IMG/VR virus record: IMGVR_UViG_2902511754_000003
Location: 9,764 to 73,763 of that record
DNA from: a virus
Taxonomy: Duplodnaviria > Caudoviricetes
Direction: 5' to 3' (one strand)
Length of the DNA: 64,000 nt
Shown: positions 8,591 to 17,878 of the stretch, piece after piece
Numbering within the stretch: the first letter of the stretch is position 1
Layout: each line of letters opens with the position of its first letter
Translations under genes and position numbers: made by a program
Notes under the pieces: generated by a model
Seen by the model: the letters and a program-made list of their open reading frames with translations, nothing else
Database searches by the model: none
What the model was told of the DNA's origin: nothing

Positions 8591-9491
8591 TGGTTACTAC
8601 CTCAAGATGAATGTCGGTACAATAAGCGGATTTTGAGCTTGGTAGCACAATGTCGGCAGAGGGACTTAATAGTTCCACACGTTGCACCCCCTCTAAATGT
8701 AATGCGGCATAAATACCGGAAAGGCTAATATCACGACCTAATCGGCGTTTTTCTTCGGTGTAAGCGGTGAGTTTTTTCAAGGCTTCCGCTTTGATAGGTT
8801 CATATTCAGGCCCACGGTATAAATGCAATTTTGCCCGAATATTGTAAGAGTGAATCACCGCACTTTGCACTGTCACCCGATCACCAATCGGGCGGATATT
8901 TTCATCATTGAGTTTTTTACGTACGGCATTTAATACTTGTTCGCTTGCCGTGCCTTGCCCGATTCGGCTTAAAATGGTGACAGTCACTTGTGCCGGTTCG
9001 GGTGAAATAACGGAAACATCGGCCACTTCCGGATGCGCCGATAAGGCGTGAAACACATAAGCGGAACGAGGCCCAGCGACAGAAAGCCCCTCAAAAGCTA
9101 GTTGAGTACGCAAACGTAGCGAGGTGTCATCTTCTAAAATAGCGAGTATTTTAGGTGTTACGCTGTTGTCTTCCGTTTGAATAATTTGTCGTTGTACATT
9201 GAAGTTAGCAGCAATGACATCAAGATCCGAACCGGTTGCATACGCTAACATAGTCGCTTGTGCCGCTTGGTTAATGCGGGAGCGTTCAAGCAATTGCAGA
9301 TAAACGACTTCTTGTAAAAGTTTAGTGATAGGTTCGCTTTCAAGGTTTAATCGTGCGCGCCAAAAATCCTGTTCTTCTTGCGGGAAAAGGGCGATAAATT
9401 CCGCTTTTCGTTCAGTAAGCAAGGTTTCAAAATTTAAGTCTTCAAGCACTTTGGGTGCATTAAGTTTGGATAAATCGACAAGTTCGCTCAT
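8577..9491 (-). CDS. gpJ: Baseplate assembly protein gpJ
   Basis: VDLSKLNAPKVLEDLNFE...SVAGPRSAYVFHA. Confidence 0.95.
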   Translation of the reverse strand: MSELVDLSKLNAPKVLEDLNFETLLTERKAEFIALFPQEEQDFWRARLNLESEPITKLLQEVVYLQLLERSRINQAAQATMLAYATGSDLDVIAANFNVQRQIIQTEDNSVTPKILAILEDDTSLRLRTQLAFEGLSVAGPRSAYVFHALSAHPEVADVSVISPEPAQVTVTILSRIGQGTASEQVLNAVRKKLNDENIRPIGDRVTVQSAVIHSYNIRAKLHLYRGPEYEPIKAEALKKLTAYTEEKRRLGRDISLSGIYAALHLEGVQRVELLSPSADIVLPSSKSAYCTDIHLEVVTSDDY

Positions 9492-9829
9492 TGTTTGCCA
9501 CCGAGTAAGAGTTGTTCGTTGCGAATTTCTTGGTTATTTTTGCGATAACGCACGACATAGCTTGCGGTAATGCCGCGTTCGGTTAGTTGCGGTTTAAATT
9601 GCGTAATCTGTACACGGGGTTCCCATCGGTTGATCGCCGTAACGGCGCAAGCGGCAAGCTGTAGTAATAAAACGGTGTTAATCGGTCGGTCAATCAACAT
9701 CGGAATCAAGCTGCCATATTCCCGCCGCTGAATTCGTGAGCCAATGGGCGTGAGTAAAATATCGGCGATAGATTGTTTGATATGCGAACTTTCATCAGTT
9801 AAGCGTTCACCGGTGTATCTATTCATCAT
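9488..9829 (-). CDS. gpW: Baseplate protein gpW (gp25 family)
   Basis: HIKQSIADILLTPIGSRIQRREYGS. Confidence 0.95.
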   Translation of the reverse strand: MMNRYTGERLTDESSHIKQSIADILLTPIGSRIQRREYGSLIPMLIDRPINTVLLLQLAACAVTAINRWEPRVQITQFKPQLTERGITASYVVRYRKNNQEIRNEQLLLGGKQ

Positions 9830-10422
9830 TAAACTTTTGCGGTTGTGGTTCTTGCTCTTTCGCCTTGGGCGATGTGTACGTGATTTTGCAGGCTGATTGC
9901 TCCGCCTTTAATATCACCGCTTGCCGTTACGCTGCCTTGTGTGCTGATATTGCCTTTTGTGGTGCTTGTACCGCTAGTTGAGAGTGAGCCGTTAATATTG
10001 ACATTACCTTTGATGTTCACTGTCGGGCAGAAAATATCAATTTGTTCACTGGCATTGATAAAGGCGGATTTTATCCCGGCCACATTTAATCGCCCACTTG
10101 CTTGGTTGTATTCAATGGTTGCGCCGTCGGCAAATTGAATGACGTGCAAATCGGGTGAATGGCTTGGGCTGTTTTGCGTGTAAAGCCCAACCAGCACACA
10201 AGCCGTGGTAAATTCACCGCTTGCCGCTAAAATCACACATTGCTCGTTCACAGTCGGCGGCGACCACGTTTTTGTCGTGCCGGCACGGAGCGTAATAAAA
10301 GGTAAAAAATCTGTCAGAATTTGACCGCTCTTTACCCGCACACGGGCTGTCGCATAATCTACTTCGGCAATGGTGCCAAAACGAATCAGGTTATCTAATC
10401 GGCGGTTGAATTCGGCGGACAT
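9829..10422 (-). CDS. gpV: Baseplate spike gpV
   Basis: NLIRFGTIAEVD...WSPPTVNEQC; C-terminal H-x-H metal motif. Confidence 0.95.
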   Translation of the reverse strand: MSAEFNRRLDNLIRFGTIAEVDYATARVRVKSGQILTDFLPFITLRAGTTKTWSPPTVNEQCVILAASGEFTTACVLVGLYTQNSPSHSPDLHVIQFADGATIEYNQASGRLNVAGIKSAFINASEQIDIFCPTVNIKGNVNINGSLSTSGTSTTKGNISTQGSVTASGDIKGGAISLQNHVHIAQGERARTTTAKV

Positions 10423-10454
10423 AAAGCCTTTTTTCAGTTGTAATAAATAGCGTT

Positions 10455-10513
10455 ATTGTTGGCGAGATGTGGAATAAATGCGAGGGTGGGGAAGTGTGAA
10501 TTTTGGGGTAACA
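10455..10513 (-). promoter_or_regulatory. Late promoter pV with TGT-N13-ACA dyad
   Basis: Minus strand TGT-N13-ACA-N11-TCGCAT-N17-AACAAT. Confidence 0.7.
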
Positions 10514-10541
10514 AAAAAGCAAGCCTGGTTAGCTTGCTCAG
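10513..10541 (-). terminator. Terminator after TA pair
   Basis: AGCAAGC-TAACCAG-GCTTGCT followed by T6 on minus strand. Confidence 0.7.
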
Positions 10542-10559
10542 TATCAGGAATTGTAGCAG

Positions 10560-10862
10560 TTAGGCAAGGATTTCAATGCCTTTATGTTGGACTAATGTTA
10601 AAAGTTTTAACGCTGTGCCGGTGGGTTTTTTTACCCCTCTTTCCCATTCGGAAATCATATTTTTACTCACGTTAAGATAATGAGCAAAGACTGTTTGTGA
10701 AACACGCTCTTTTTCTCGAATAGCTTTGATTTCGTCCGGTGTAAATGTTGGCACAGGCGTTATACATAATTCATCAAATTTTTTCATGGTTTTTTTGTCC
10801 ATTAATCCGGCTTCGTGTAAATCTGCCGCATTCTCATGGATCATTGCTAATAATTCACTCAT
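10560..10862 (-). CDS. HTH (Xre/HigA-type) antitoxin
   Basis: SQTVFAHYLNVSKNMISEWERGVKKPTG HTH; overlaps upstream toxin stop. Confidence 0.85.
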   Translation of the reverse strand: MSELLAMIHENAADLHEAGLMDKKTMKKFDELCITPVPTFTPDEIKAIREKERVSQTVFAHYLNVSKNMISEWERGVKKPTGTALKLLTLVQHKGIEILA

Positions 10863-11238
10863 TTTTTACCTCCGGTAACACTTCAATAAGTAACCCGTTT
10901 TGGATTTGTAACTCAATTTGTTGCGGTGTAAATGTTGCATAAACTTTGGCTAATTCTTTCAGTGCGGTAAGTTCTTGCGGTGAAATATTATCACGCACAT
11001 TTTTACTAATTCCGGCAACAAAATAGTTATTTTCATTAATACGATAAAAGATAAAGGAACGGAAACCACCACTGCGCCCTTGACCTTCCCTTGCGAGACG
11101 TTGCTTAATAATATTGCCTCCTAAATCGGCATCAATTAAACCTTGTTCTGCTCGCATGATCGCTTTGAGTAGCTCGTTATCTAAAATATGGTTTTTTTGT
11201 GCGAATTTATCAAAGGCTTTGGTTTTAAAAATTCTCAT
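10855..11238 (-). CDS. RelE/ParE-family (HigB-like) toxin
   Basis: MRIFKTKAFDKFA...DADLGGNIIKQR...GRSGGFR; toxin-first order. Confidence 0.85.
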   Translation of the reverse strand: MRIFKTKAFDKFAQKNHILDNELLKAIMRAEQGLIDADLGGNIIKQRLAREGQGRSGGFRSFIFYRINENNYFVAGISKNVRDNISPQELTALKELAKVYATFTPQQIELQIQNGLLIEVLPEVKNE

Positions 11239-11266
11239 TAGTGGTTCATTTTGTCATCTTTAAGAG

Positions 11267-11295
11267 TATATTAGCAAATTAATAAGCCCACTTCA
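11267..11295 (-). promoter_or_regulatory. sigma70 promoter for TA pair
   Basis: TTGAAG-N17-TAATAT right after the tape-measure terminator. Confidence 0.55.
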
Positions 11296-11296
11296 A

Positions 11297-11317
11297 TAAA
11301 AAGGGCTTTCGCCCTTT
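11297..11317 (-). terminator. Terminator after tape measure
   Basis: AAAGGGC-GAAA-GCCCTTT TT. Confidence 0.75.
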
Positions 11318-11319
11318 GG

Positions 11320-14205
11320 TTAAACACGATCTCGTAAAATGCTCCGTGAACGTGCTTGTTCTTGGTTTTGGATTTGCCTAAATTTTTGTTCAATAATGCG
11401 TCCAATATCTTTTTCATTCATGCCCGGGGCAGCATTGATGGTGATTTGCACATTCATCGGCTGTGCAACTTGAGTAGTAACAGGACGTGCGGAAATTGGC
11501 GACCGGTGATCTACTTGCACCGGTGCGGCTGTGGCGACACTGATACCTAACCCGCCTGCAATCAAGGCTTGTTTGCCGTAATTGAGGGCGTTTAGGGTGT
11601 GAATGCCAAGGCGTGAGGTCGCCTCTTTTGTCATCACATATTCGCCACCGTGAACGATGCCCATCGGTTGATATTTGCCACCGTTGCCAGTGTAACCGCC
11701 TTTAGAAAATCCTGTCATTGCTGCCATCTCTGCCGTTTTTTGGATTTGTTCTGCATGTTGTTTTGACACAAGCGTTGTGGCAATATCACTTACGCTTGGC
11801 ATATTATCAACAACCCACTTGATACTATCCATCACCCATTGCAGCGGTTTAGTGACTAAATCAATACCTGCAGCAAGCCATTCACCGAATTTTTTCCCCG
11901 CACTTGCGGCGGCATCTAGATCATCTCTGGTGCTTTGAACCGGTGAGAGTAAATCAGTAAACCATTTTACTGCTTTTTCAATCCAACCGACCACAACACC
12001 AAACAGATCGCCCAACGGCTTGAATTTTTCAATGACAGGGGCTAGACCTGATTTTAGACCTTCCCAAAAGCCACCAAAGAAACGTTTTACTTTTTCCCAA
12101 TTTTTATAAATTAATATACCTGCTCCTACAAAAGCAGAAACTAATAACCCGATAGGAGAAAGTAAGAAACCTAATAGAGAACCGATTCCCAGTAAGATCA
12201 TTCTAATTGGCGAAAATGCTACTCTAAGAATGGTTTTTAATACATTAAGCCAAAATGATAGATTTTTTGCATTTTTAACGATATTGATGAATGCCGTTGG
12301 AATTTTTTTTAATGTGCTATAAAACGCAATAGATTTTCCGATGATTGTCGTTTTTGTTCCTGATAAGGCATTGATTGTTGTTTTATAAGAAAACAAATGT
12401 TTGTTGGCAATAATGCTTGATAGTGACACTTTTTTCAGTGTTTGGTTAAATAAACCGCTTACACCGGTCAAGTGACCTAATTCTAAAATTAAGCGTGCAA
12501 CCGGATAAAATAAAAAACTCATAGCAAAACTTAATGCACCTAGTGCTGTGATTGTCATTGCAATGGCAGCAGCCCATTTCAAAATTTTAGCAGTAAGTTC
12601 AGGATTGGCTTTTATCCATTCGTTTACTTTTCTGATTAATTCTGTGAATGATTGAGTAAGTCCACGTATATCAGTTTCAATTGTTTTGTAAATTGCAATA
12701 CCAACGGATTCACGAGCAGATTCAAGACTTTTCAGATCACCTATTAAGTTGTCAGCCATCACTTTTGCCACTTGTTCAGCTCGACCGGCAGAGTTTTTTA
12801 ATTTTTCGGTCATTTCCTGAATACCGTTAATACCGGCTTGATTGACTAATTCAACCATTGCTGTTGCGGCTTCTGTTCCAAAAATGGCTTTGTAATATGC
12901 CATTCTGTCGCCTGATCCCATTTTGGCGGTTTTACGCTCTATATCCACTAGGATATCGGTCAGCGCACGCATATTACCCTTACTATCTTTTGCGGAGACA
13001 CCAAGTTTGGCTAATGCTTTGGCTGCTTGTTTCGGTGGTCCAGCAAGGCGTAACATGGCTGAACGTAATGATGTACCGGCTTGAGAGCCTTTAATCCCTA
13101 CATTCCCTAATAATCCCACCATGGCTGACATGGTTTCAAAATTTTGTCCAGTGGAAACAGCGTTAGGACCAAGATATTTCATTGTGTCCCCCAAGGTTTC
13201 AAGCGTTGTATTAGTGCTTGAAAAAGTGGCTGTAAGTACATCCGACACTCTTCCAAATTCATTTGTTGGAATTTTGAATCCTGATGAAATATCTGAAGCA
13301 ATATCCGTTACTCGACCCAAATCGTCCATTCCGGAAGCAATAGCCATATTTAAAGTATGTGGGGTTGCTTCCAGTATTTCTTGATCATTGAATCCAGCCA
13401 TTGCTAAATATCCTTGACCTTGAGCAACTTGCCCTGATGTAAATTGGGTTTTTGAACCTAAATCAATTGCCTGCTCTCTTAGTTTTTCAATCCTTTTAAG
13501 ATCTTCCTCTTTTGTTTTATCTAAATTTGTTAAAGCAATAACTTTAGAGAAATCTTTTTCAAAGTCTAATGCTGGTTTCAACATAATCCCTGCGACAGCA
13601 TTTCCCGCCGTACCCGCAATGACAGAACGTTGTCCAAAGGTTCGGAGTTGATCGCTTTTATTCTTAATATTATTGACACTATTTCGATAAGCCTGATTTC
13701 TTGCTTGCCGTTGTTGCAATTTTTTCATTGCCGCATTTTGTTTTTCAATTGCAGCAGTGGCTTGATTGATTTTGTCTTTAAGTTTTTGTTGGCTTTCTTT
13801 GAATTTTGAAGTATCAAAACCACCCTGTTTTAAAGATTGGCGTAATTGATTTAATTTTCTACGCTGACTTTCTTGTGCTTGCGCCATTTTATGAGCCGAC
13901 TTATGAGCGGCTTCCACTTGGCGTTTTAATGCAGCGGTAGGGTTTGCCGTATTCCGTAATTGTTCGGTTAATTTTTTGGCTTTCTCACGGGCATTAACTA
14001 ATTCCTGATTATTTTTTTGCAGTGAGTTTTGTAATTTTTTGAAAGAATCTGCCGTTTTTTCTTGCTGTTTTAATTTGTTCAATTCCCCCGTTGCCCCTTT
14101 TACCGCTTTATCTAATTTTTCAATCTGTTTTTGTACACCACGCAACGGCGTTGTTATTTTATCAACGGCTTCTAAAATAAACTTGAGTTCTAAATTTTTC
14201 ATCAT
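11320..14205 (-). CDS. gpT: Tail tape measure protein (TP901-type core)
   Basis: 961 aa; coiled-coil N-terminus, ...GLLGNVGIKGSQAGTSLR core, hydrophobic repeats. Confidence 0.92.
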   Translation of the reverse strand: MMKNLELKFILEAVDKITTPLRGVQKQIEKLDKAVKGATGELNKLKQQEKTADSFKKLQNSLQKNNQELVNAREKAKKLTEQLRNTANPTAALKRQVEAAHKSAHKMAQAQESQRRKLNQLRQSLKQGGFDTSKFKESQQKLKDKINQATAAIEKQNAAMKKLQQRQARNQAYRNSVNNIKNKSDQLRTFGQRSVIAGTAGNAVAGIMLKPALDFEKDFSKVIALTNLDKTKEEDLKRIEKLREQAIDLGSKTQFTSGQVAQGQGYLAMAGFNDQEILEATPHTLNMAIASGMDDLGRVTDIASDISSGFKIPTNEFGRVSDVLTATFSSTNTTLETLGDTMKYLGPNAVSTGQNFETMSAMVGLLGNVGIKGSQAGTSLRSAMLRLAGPPKQAAKALAKLGVSAKDSKGNMRALTDILVDIERKTAKMGSGDRMAYYKAIFGTEAATAMVELVNQAGINGIQEMTEKLKNSAGRAEQVAKVMADNLIGDLKSLESARESVGIAIYKTIETDIRGLTQSFTELIRKVNEWIKANPELTAKILKWAAAIAMTITALGALSFAMSFLFYPVARLILELGHLTGVSGLFNQTLKKVSLSSIIANKHLFSYKTTINALSGTKTTIIGKSIAFYSTLKKIPTAFINIVKNAKNLSFWLNVLKTILRVAFSPIRMILLGIGSLLGFLLSPIGLLVSAFVGAGILIYKNWEKVKRFFGGFWEGLKSGLAPVIEKFKPLGDLFGVVVGWIEKAVKWFTDLLSPVQSTRDDLDAAASAGKKFGEWLAAGIDLVTKPLQWVMDSIKWVVDNMPSVSDIATTLVSKQHAEQIQKTAEMAAMTGFSKGGYTGNGGKYQPMGIVHGGEYVMTKEATSRLGIHTLNALNYGKQALIAGGLGISVATAAPVQVDHRSPISARPVTTQVAQPMNVQITINAAPGMNEKDIGRIIEQKFRQIQNQEQARSRSILRDRV

Positions 14206-14274
14206 TTACTCGCTTTTTCTTGACATTTCAGAAATAAAGGTTAAATAATAGGCAAACTAAATAAGGAGAGAACT

Positions 14275-14580
14275 ATGGAAATTTTTGTTTTGCTCATTGT
14301 TGTACCTATTGTTATCGGGCTATTTGTTGCGTTTGGTGCGGCTGTTTTTGCAGTGATCAGTTCTCTTATTATTGGTGCAATTTCACTGGCTGTCAGTTTT
14401 TGGTATGTAACGCTTTCTATAATGCTCGTATTCCTTGCTCCGATAGTTTATTTAAATGGTTGGTTGGCTTGGTTTTTAATTCCTCTCGCTATTGTAGCCA
14501 TGGCTGTTTTCTTTGCCCCACTATCAGAAGAACAAAAAGCCAAAATTCAACGAGCAAAAGAATCGTTGAAAAATTCCTAG
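14275..14580 (+). CDS. Multi-TM membrane protein, moron opposite to late operon
   Basis: 101 aa, almost entirely hydrophobic; AAGGAG RBS; TTGACA upstream at 14220. Confidence 0.8.
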   Translation: MEIFVLLIVVPIVIGLFVAFGAAVFAVISSLIIGAISLAVSFWYVTLSIMLVFLAPIVYLNGWLAWFLIPLAIVAMAVFFAPLSEEQKAKIQRAKESLKNS

Positions 14581-15038
14581 ATACTTAATTGCTGTAATAT
14601 CAGCTTTTCAATTTCAGCCACATCATCATTCCCAAAGCCCAACAATTCCCGTTGGGCGTATTGCACTTTAAAATCCTTGTTTTTTGACGGGCTTGATTTC
14701 AACCCGTATTGATGCACTGCCGCAATGGCTGCACCTGAGCCGTTAAATCCCACCGAAACTTCATTGCCATTCGACCGCACTTTTAAATGCTTGGTGGTGC
14801 GGAGCTTGGCAAACATGGCTTTGCGTTTGATTCGTCCTTGCTTTTGCCTGAAATTTTTACGGGGTTTACGGGGTTCAAATGCCGAACCATCGGGATTTTG
14901 TTGTCGTGCAATGCGTGCCGATTGGCTTTTTCTTAACGCTTGCCCGATGTTGCGTGCCAGTTGTCTTCGAGCCTGTGGCGACAGATTATTGACAAGGGCG
15001 GTCAATTTCCCTTGGATTTCTTGTACCGTTGCCATCAT
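14577..15038 (-). CDS. gpS: Tail completion/virion morphogenesis protein gpS
   Basis: RIARQQNPDGSAFEPRK...AAVHQYGL. Confidence 0.93.
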   Translation of the reverse strand: MMATVQEIQGKLTALVNNLSPQARRQLARNIGQALRKSQSARIARQQNPDGSAFEPRKPRKNFRQKQGRIKRKAMFAKLRTTKHLKVRSNGNEVSVGFNGSGAAIAAVHQYGLKSSPSKNKDFKVQYAQRELLGFGNDDVAEIEKLILQQLSI

Positions 15039-15502
15039 GCTTTACCCTCAAAAATCAAATTATCCCAAGTCTGCAAATAAACTTTTACCAAGCGTGGATC
15101 CTCAAGTACCGGTTCTTTTGCATAATTCAGTTGCACGCTGTCGCCGTCTTTTTTTGAGATCACACGCTCGGTGAGTTTGATTTCAAAACTGATGTCTGCG
15201 GTGTCGTTATTGTTGTAATCCACCTGAAACTTAAAGGAATTTTCACGCAGTTGGGGATTTTCAAAGATTTCCGGTTGATTGGTGCGTAGATAGGCAATCA
15301 TCGGCACAACCAATGAAGCAATGTCACCGGCATAATCGGTCACAATGATGTTCAGTGTGTAGCGATATTCAAAACTAAATGAGCTTGCTCCGGTAGCGAT
15401 GATTTGTCCGCCATCCGTGTAGAGCTGTAATTTGTCGGGATTTTCAATAAAATCCGGCAAACTTTGCTCAAGGATTTTGCGCAGTTGGTTGGGCTTTTTC
15501 AT
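15035..15502 (-). CDS. gpR: Tail completion protein gpR
   Basis: MKKPNQLRKIL...SFEYRYTLNII...KLTERV. Confidence 0.93.
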   Translation of the reverse strand: MKKPNQLRKILEQSLPDFIENPDKLQLYTDGGQIIATGASSFSFEYRYTLNIIVTDYAGDIASLVVPMIAYLRTNQPEIFENPQLRENSFKFQVDYNNNDTADISFEIKLTERVISKKDGDSVQLNYAKEPVLEDPRLVKVYLQTWDNLIFEGKA

Positions 15503-15714
15503 TTTCTAACATTCCGTTGGCGTTTTTCTTCCTGTTCTTGGCATATCACGCAACGGGTGACACCCTGAATGGTTTGGCGGCGTTTTTCGGGAATGGGGGC
15601 ATCGCAATCTTCACAGTAAAGTCGGCTGACTGCCTTAAACGTGCGGTGTTTTTTCAGGGCGATTTCACGTGCCATTTCTTCAAGTTGTTGTGCACGGTCA
15701 AATTGATCAGTCAT
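15499..15714 (-). CDS. TraR/DksA C4-type zinc-finger protein
   Basis: CEDCDAPIPEKRR...CVICQE; start MTDQFDRAQ. Confidence 0.88.
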   Translation of the reverse strand: MTDQFDRAQQLEEMAREIALKKHRTFKAVSRLYCEDCDAPIPEKRRQTIQGVTRCVICQEQEEKRQRNVRK

Positions 15715-15976
15715 TGGTTTTTTCCTTTTGATTAAAATCTTCAATACATTTTTTTAAGCTGTGATTTTCAACCACGCATAAATTTAAACGGTGCTGTGCC
15801 TGTTGGTAGGCTTCCGCCAGTTCGCCGTTGGTGCGGATTTGTGGCGAAAATTGACCGCACTCTGCCGTTTGTGGGCAGAGTATCGGTTGTTTAATGATTT
15901 GCGGAGCCGTTGAGCACGCCGCGCACGCTGTCAGGAATAGGGCTGTCAGCCCAAGTTTGATGTTGTTTAAGTGCAT
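15707..15976 (-). CDS. Outer-membrane spanin lipoprotein (Rz1/LysC-like)
   Basis: Lipobox-like LTACAAC, Pro/Cys-rich, overlaps i-spanin 3' end. Confidence 0.8.
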   Translation of the reverse strand: MHLNNIKLGLTALFLTACAACSTAPQIIKQPILCPQTAECGQFSPQIRTNGELAEAYQQAQHRLNLCVVENHSLKKCIEDFNQKEKTND

Positions 15977-16241
15977 TTTTTAGATCCTGTGTTTGTTGGG
16001 TTTGTTGATGTTTTAGGGCATTAACGGCTTGGGTCAGTTGCTTTTGCTGTTCGGCAAACTGTTGCACGTGTTCATTTAATGCCATGTAAGAAGCCTGCCA
16101 TTTGGCTTTGAGCTGTTCTTCTTTCACCATTTCAGCGTGCCAGTGATTGGCTTGCCAACCTTGAAACAAGATGAGCAGTAAGAGCAGCAACGGGCCAACT
16201 AATAACACCCATTTTTCTTCTGAACTTAAGAAGTTAAACAT
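15891..16241 (-). CDS. Inner-membrane spanin (Rz/LysB-like)
   Basis: N-terminal TM plus coiled coil, after endolysin. Confidence 0.8.
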   Translation of the reverse strand: MFNFLSSEEKWVLLVGPLLLLLLILFQGWQANHWHAEMVKEEQLKAKWQASYMALNEHVQQFAEQQKQLTQAVNALKHQQTQQTQDLKNALKQHQTWADSPIPDSVRGVLNGSANH

Positions 16242-16744
16242 AGGGCTTTCTCCTGTTGTCGGCGTTCAATTAAACCTTTTAGCGGTTTTCCATTTGCATA
16301 AATCCAACGTTCAAACTGACCGCACATAGCTTTGCTGTAACCTTTTCTTGCCATTTTAAAAAGCGTGCTGTTTTTGAGTTTGCCACATCCAACATTGAAG
16401 GTGATCGAGGTTAAGGCATCAAATGCCCCTTGGGGCATGGCTTGCCCGTTGGCATAAGTGTTGACGCATTTTTCCGCCTGTTGTACGCCTTTGGCAAAAG
16501 CATTGGCGATTTCTTTGTCAGTGTAAATTTTGTTGGGAATAATTTTTTCTACGGCTTCCGTTGTGCCAATGCCAAAGGTTAGGACATCAGCAGGGCAGTG
16601 ATAGGGCTTTCGTTGGCAGCCTTCGGCATTGCCAATGAGCAATAATCCTTTTTCCGAGGTGCGGATCTCATTGCCGTGTAAAGCCACGGTTAAACCAACA
16701 ATGGCGGCGATACCACACGCCCATTTAGCGCTTTTTCTTATCAT
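16226..16744 (-). CDS. Endolysin, GH24 lysozyme with SAR-like N-terminus
   Basis: E-G-C...D-V-L-T-F-G-I-G catalytic motif; GLIERR C-terminus. Confidence 0.93.
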   Translation of the reverse strand: MIRKSAKWACGIAAIVGLTVALHGNEIRTSEKGLLLIGNAEGCQRKPYHCPADVLTFGIGTTEAVEKIIPNKIYTDKEIANAFAKGVQQAEKCVNTYANGQAMPQGAFDALTSITFNVGCGKLKNSTLFKMARKGYSKAMCGQFERWIYANGKPLKGLIERRQQEKALCLTS

Positions 16745-16952
16745 GGAGTTTTCCTTCTACTTCTAATTTTCTTAATTCAAAATCTTTTTTCTTGTAATAC
16801 CAATTCACCACCCATGTAGCGATGGTGACGATAATCCCGACGATAACGCCGACATCGGCAAGCGTAACATTGCTGAACATATTGCTGATAAATCCCATAA
16901 ATGCGGTAAATCCGCTTGATACATAAGGTGCGTGGCTTTGAATATCTTTCAT
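16725..16952 (-). CDS. Holin (HP1-like)
   Basis: Small TM protein with basic C-terminus (NWYYKKK) upstream of endolysin. Confidence 0.8.
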   Translation of the reverse strand: MKDIQSHAPYVSSGFTAFMGFISNMFSNVTLADVGVIVGIIVTIATWVVNWYYKKKDFELRKLEVEGKLHDKKKR

Positions 16953-16954
16953 TT

Positions 16955-17164
16955 TTAGCTCCAAAGTTGCAGCGTATCTTGTGCCACGCTGATTTTTTCG
17001 GCGTTAGGATCGGGCAAATTCACTTCTGTGCCGATAGGGATTATTGGCAAGTGCATTAAATGCGGATTCAGTTCGCATGCGATTTCTAAATAACCTTGGC
17101 TTTTTCCCAAATGTCGATAAACAATGGCATCGAGATTGTCATTTTGTTGTGCGAGAACTTTCAT
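16955..17164 (-). CDS. gpX: Tail protein gpX (LysM-like)
   Basis: AQQNDNLDAIVYRHLG...ELNPHL...QLWS. Confidence 0.92.
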   Translation of the reverse strand: MKVLAQQNDNLDAIVYRHLGKSQGYLEIACELNPHLMHLPIIPIGTEVNLPDPNAEKISVAQDTLQLWS

Positions 17165-17673
17165 TAGATCAGCTCCACGTCAATTCTTCGGCGTTTCAAC
17201 ATATCGCTAATAGCAAAACGGGCATCTCGGCGGAGTTGGTCGATGCTGTCTTTAAGTTGTTCCATTTTCTTTTCGCCCTCATGGGTGCTGTCGTAGCTGG
17301 CATAGCGTTCGTATAAATTGGCAACGGCAAGGCAAATGACGGCACGTTGATAACGTTGCACCAAAATGCTTTCGTCATTTATGCGTGGAGCCGGAATACT
17401 TTCCAAATGACCGTATTTATCATTTTCCAGTTGAAATGCGCTCAATTCTTCATTGACCGATGCCATCGCCTCAATCAGAGAATCTTTTAAGCGAAATTCG
17501 GTGACTGTGCCGTCAAGTCGCATTTGATTACGGCATTGCGAAATCGACAAATCAGGGAAAAAGGGTTCATTACTAATTAAATCATCGGTGTTAGGGTAGG
17601 TTTCGACCTGTTTTTGCACTGCGCCCATTTCATAATCGGGGGCAAGTTTGATTGAGATTGCACCGTCTGACAT
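17164..17673 (-). CDS. gpL: Head completion protein gpL
   Basis: NEPFFPDLS...RYASYDST...DARFAISD. Confidence 0.9.
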   Translation of the reverse strand: MSDGAISIKLAPDYEMGAVQKQVETYPNTDDLISNEPFFPDLSISQCRNQMRLDGTVTEFRLKDSLIEAMASVNEELSAFQLENDKYGHLESIPAPRINDESILVQRYQRAVICLAVANLYERYASYDSTHEGEKKMEQLKDSIDQLRRDARFAISDMLKRRRIDVELI

Positions 17674-17710
17674 TGTGTTTACCTATAAAAAAGCGGGGTG
17701 GGGATTCATC

Positions 17711-17747
17711 AAGTGCGGTGTAAATTTAAGAAAACTTGACCGCACTT
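17711..17747. repeat. Inverted pair of Haemophilus-type DNA uptake sequences (AAGTGCGGT); further copies e.g. 2624, 5755, 22644, 26017, 34741, 63378
   Basis: Direct reading of the 9-mer on both strands. Confidence 0.85.
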
Positions 17748-17878
17748 TGAATCCGCCCCGCGGCTGCGTGGTTTGTTTGGGTTATCGGAAAATCATTCCG
17801 TAAAGCACAATAAATGCGCTTGCTAAATACAATTTAAGAATTAAACTGTCGTAAGATTTTTTATTCATAGGATTTCCC

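Noticed and set aside
10560-10862. HTH protein as prophage repressor
   Set aside because: Overlaps a RelE-family gene in an insulated two-gene operon, has no peptidase domain and lies in the other phage; antitoxin is the better call
15499-15714. Zinc finger as the Ogr late activator
   Set aside because: Spacing and context match TraR/DksA C4 fingers common in P2-like lysis regions, not Ogr
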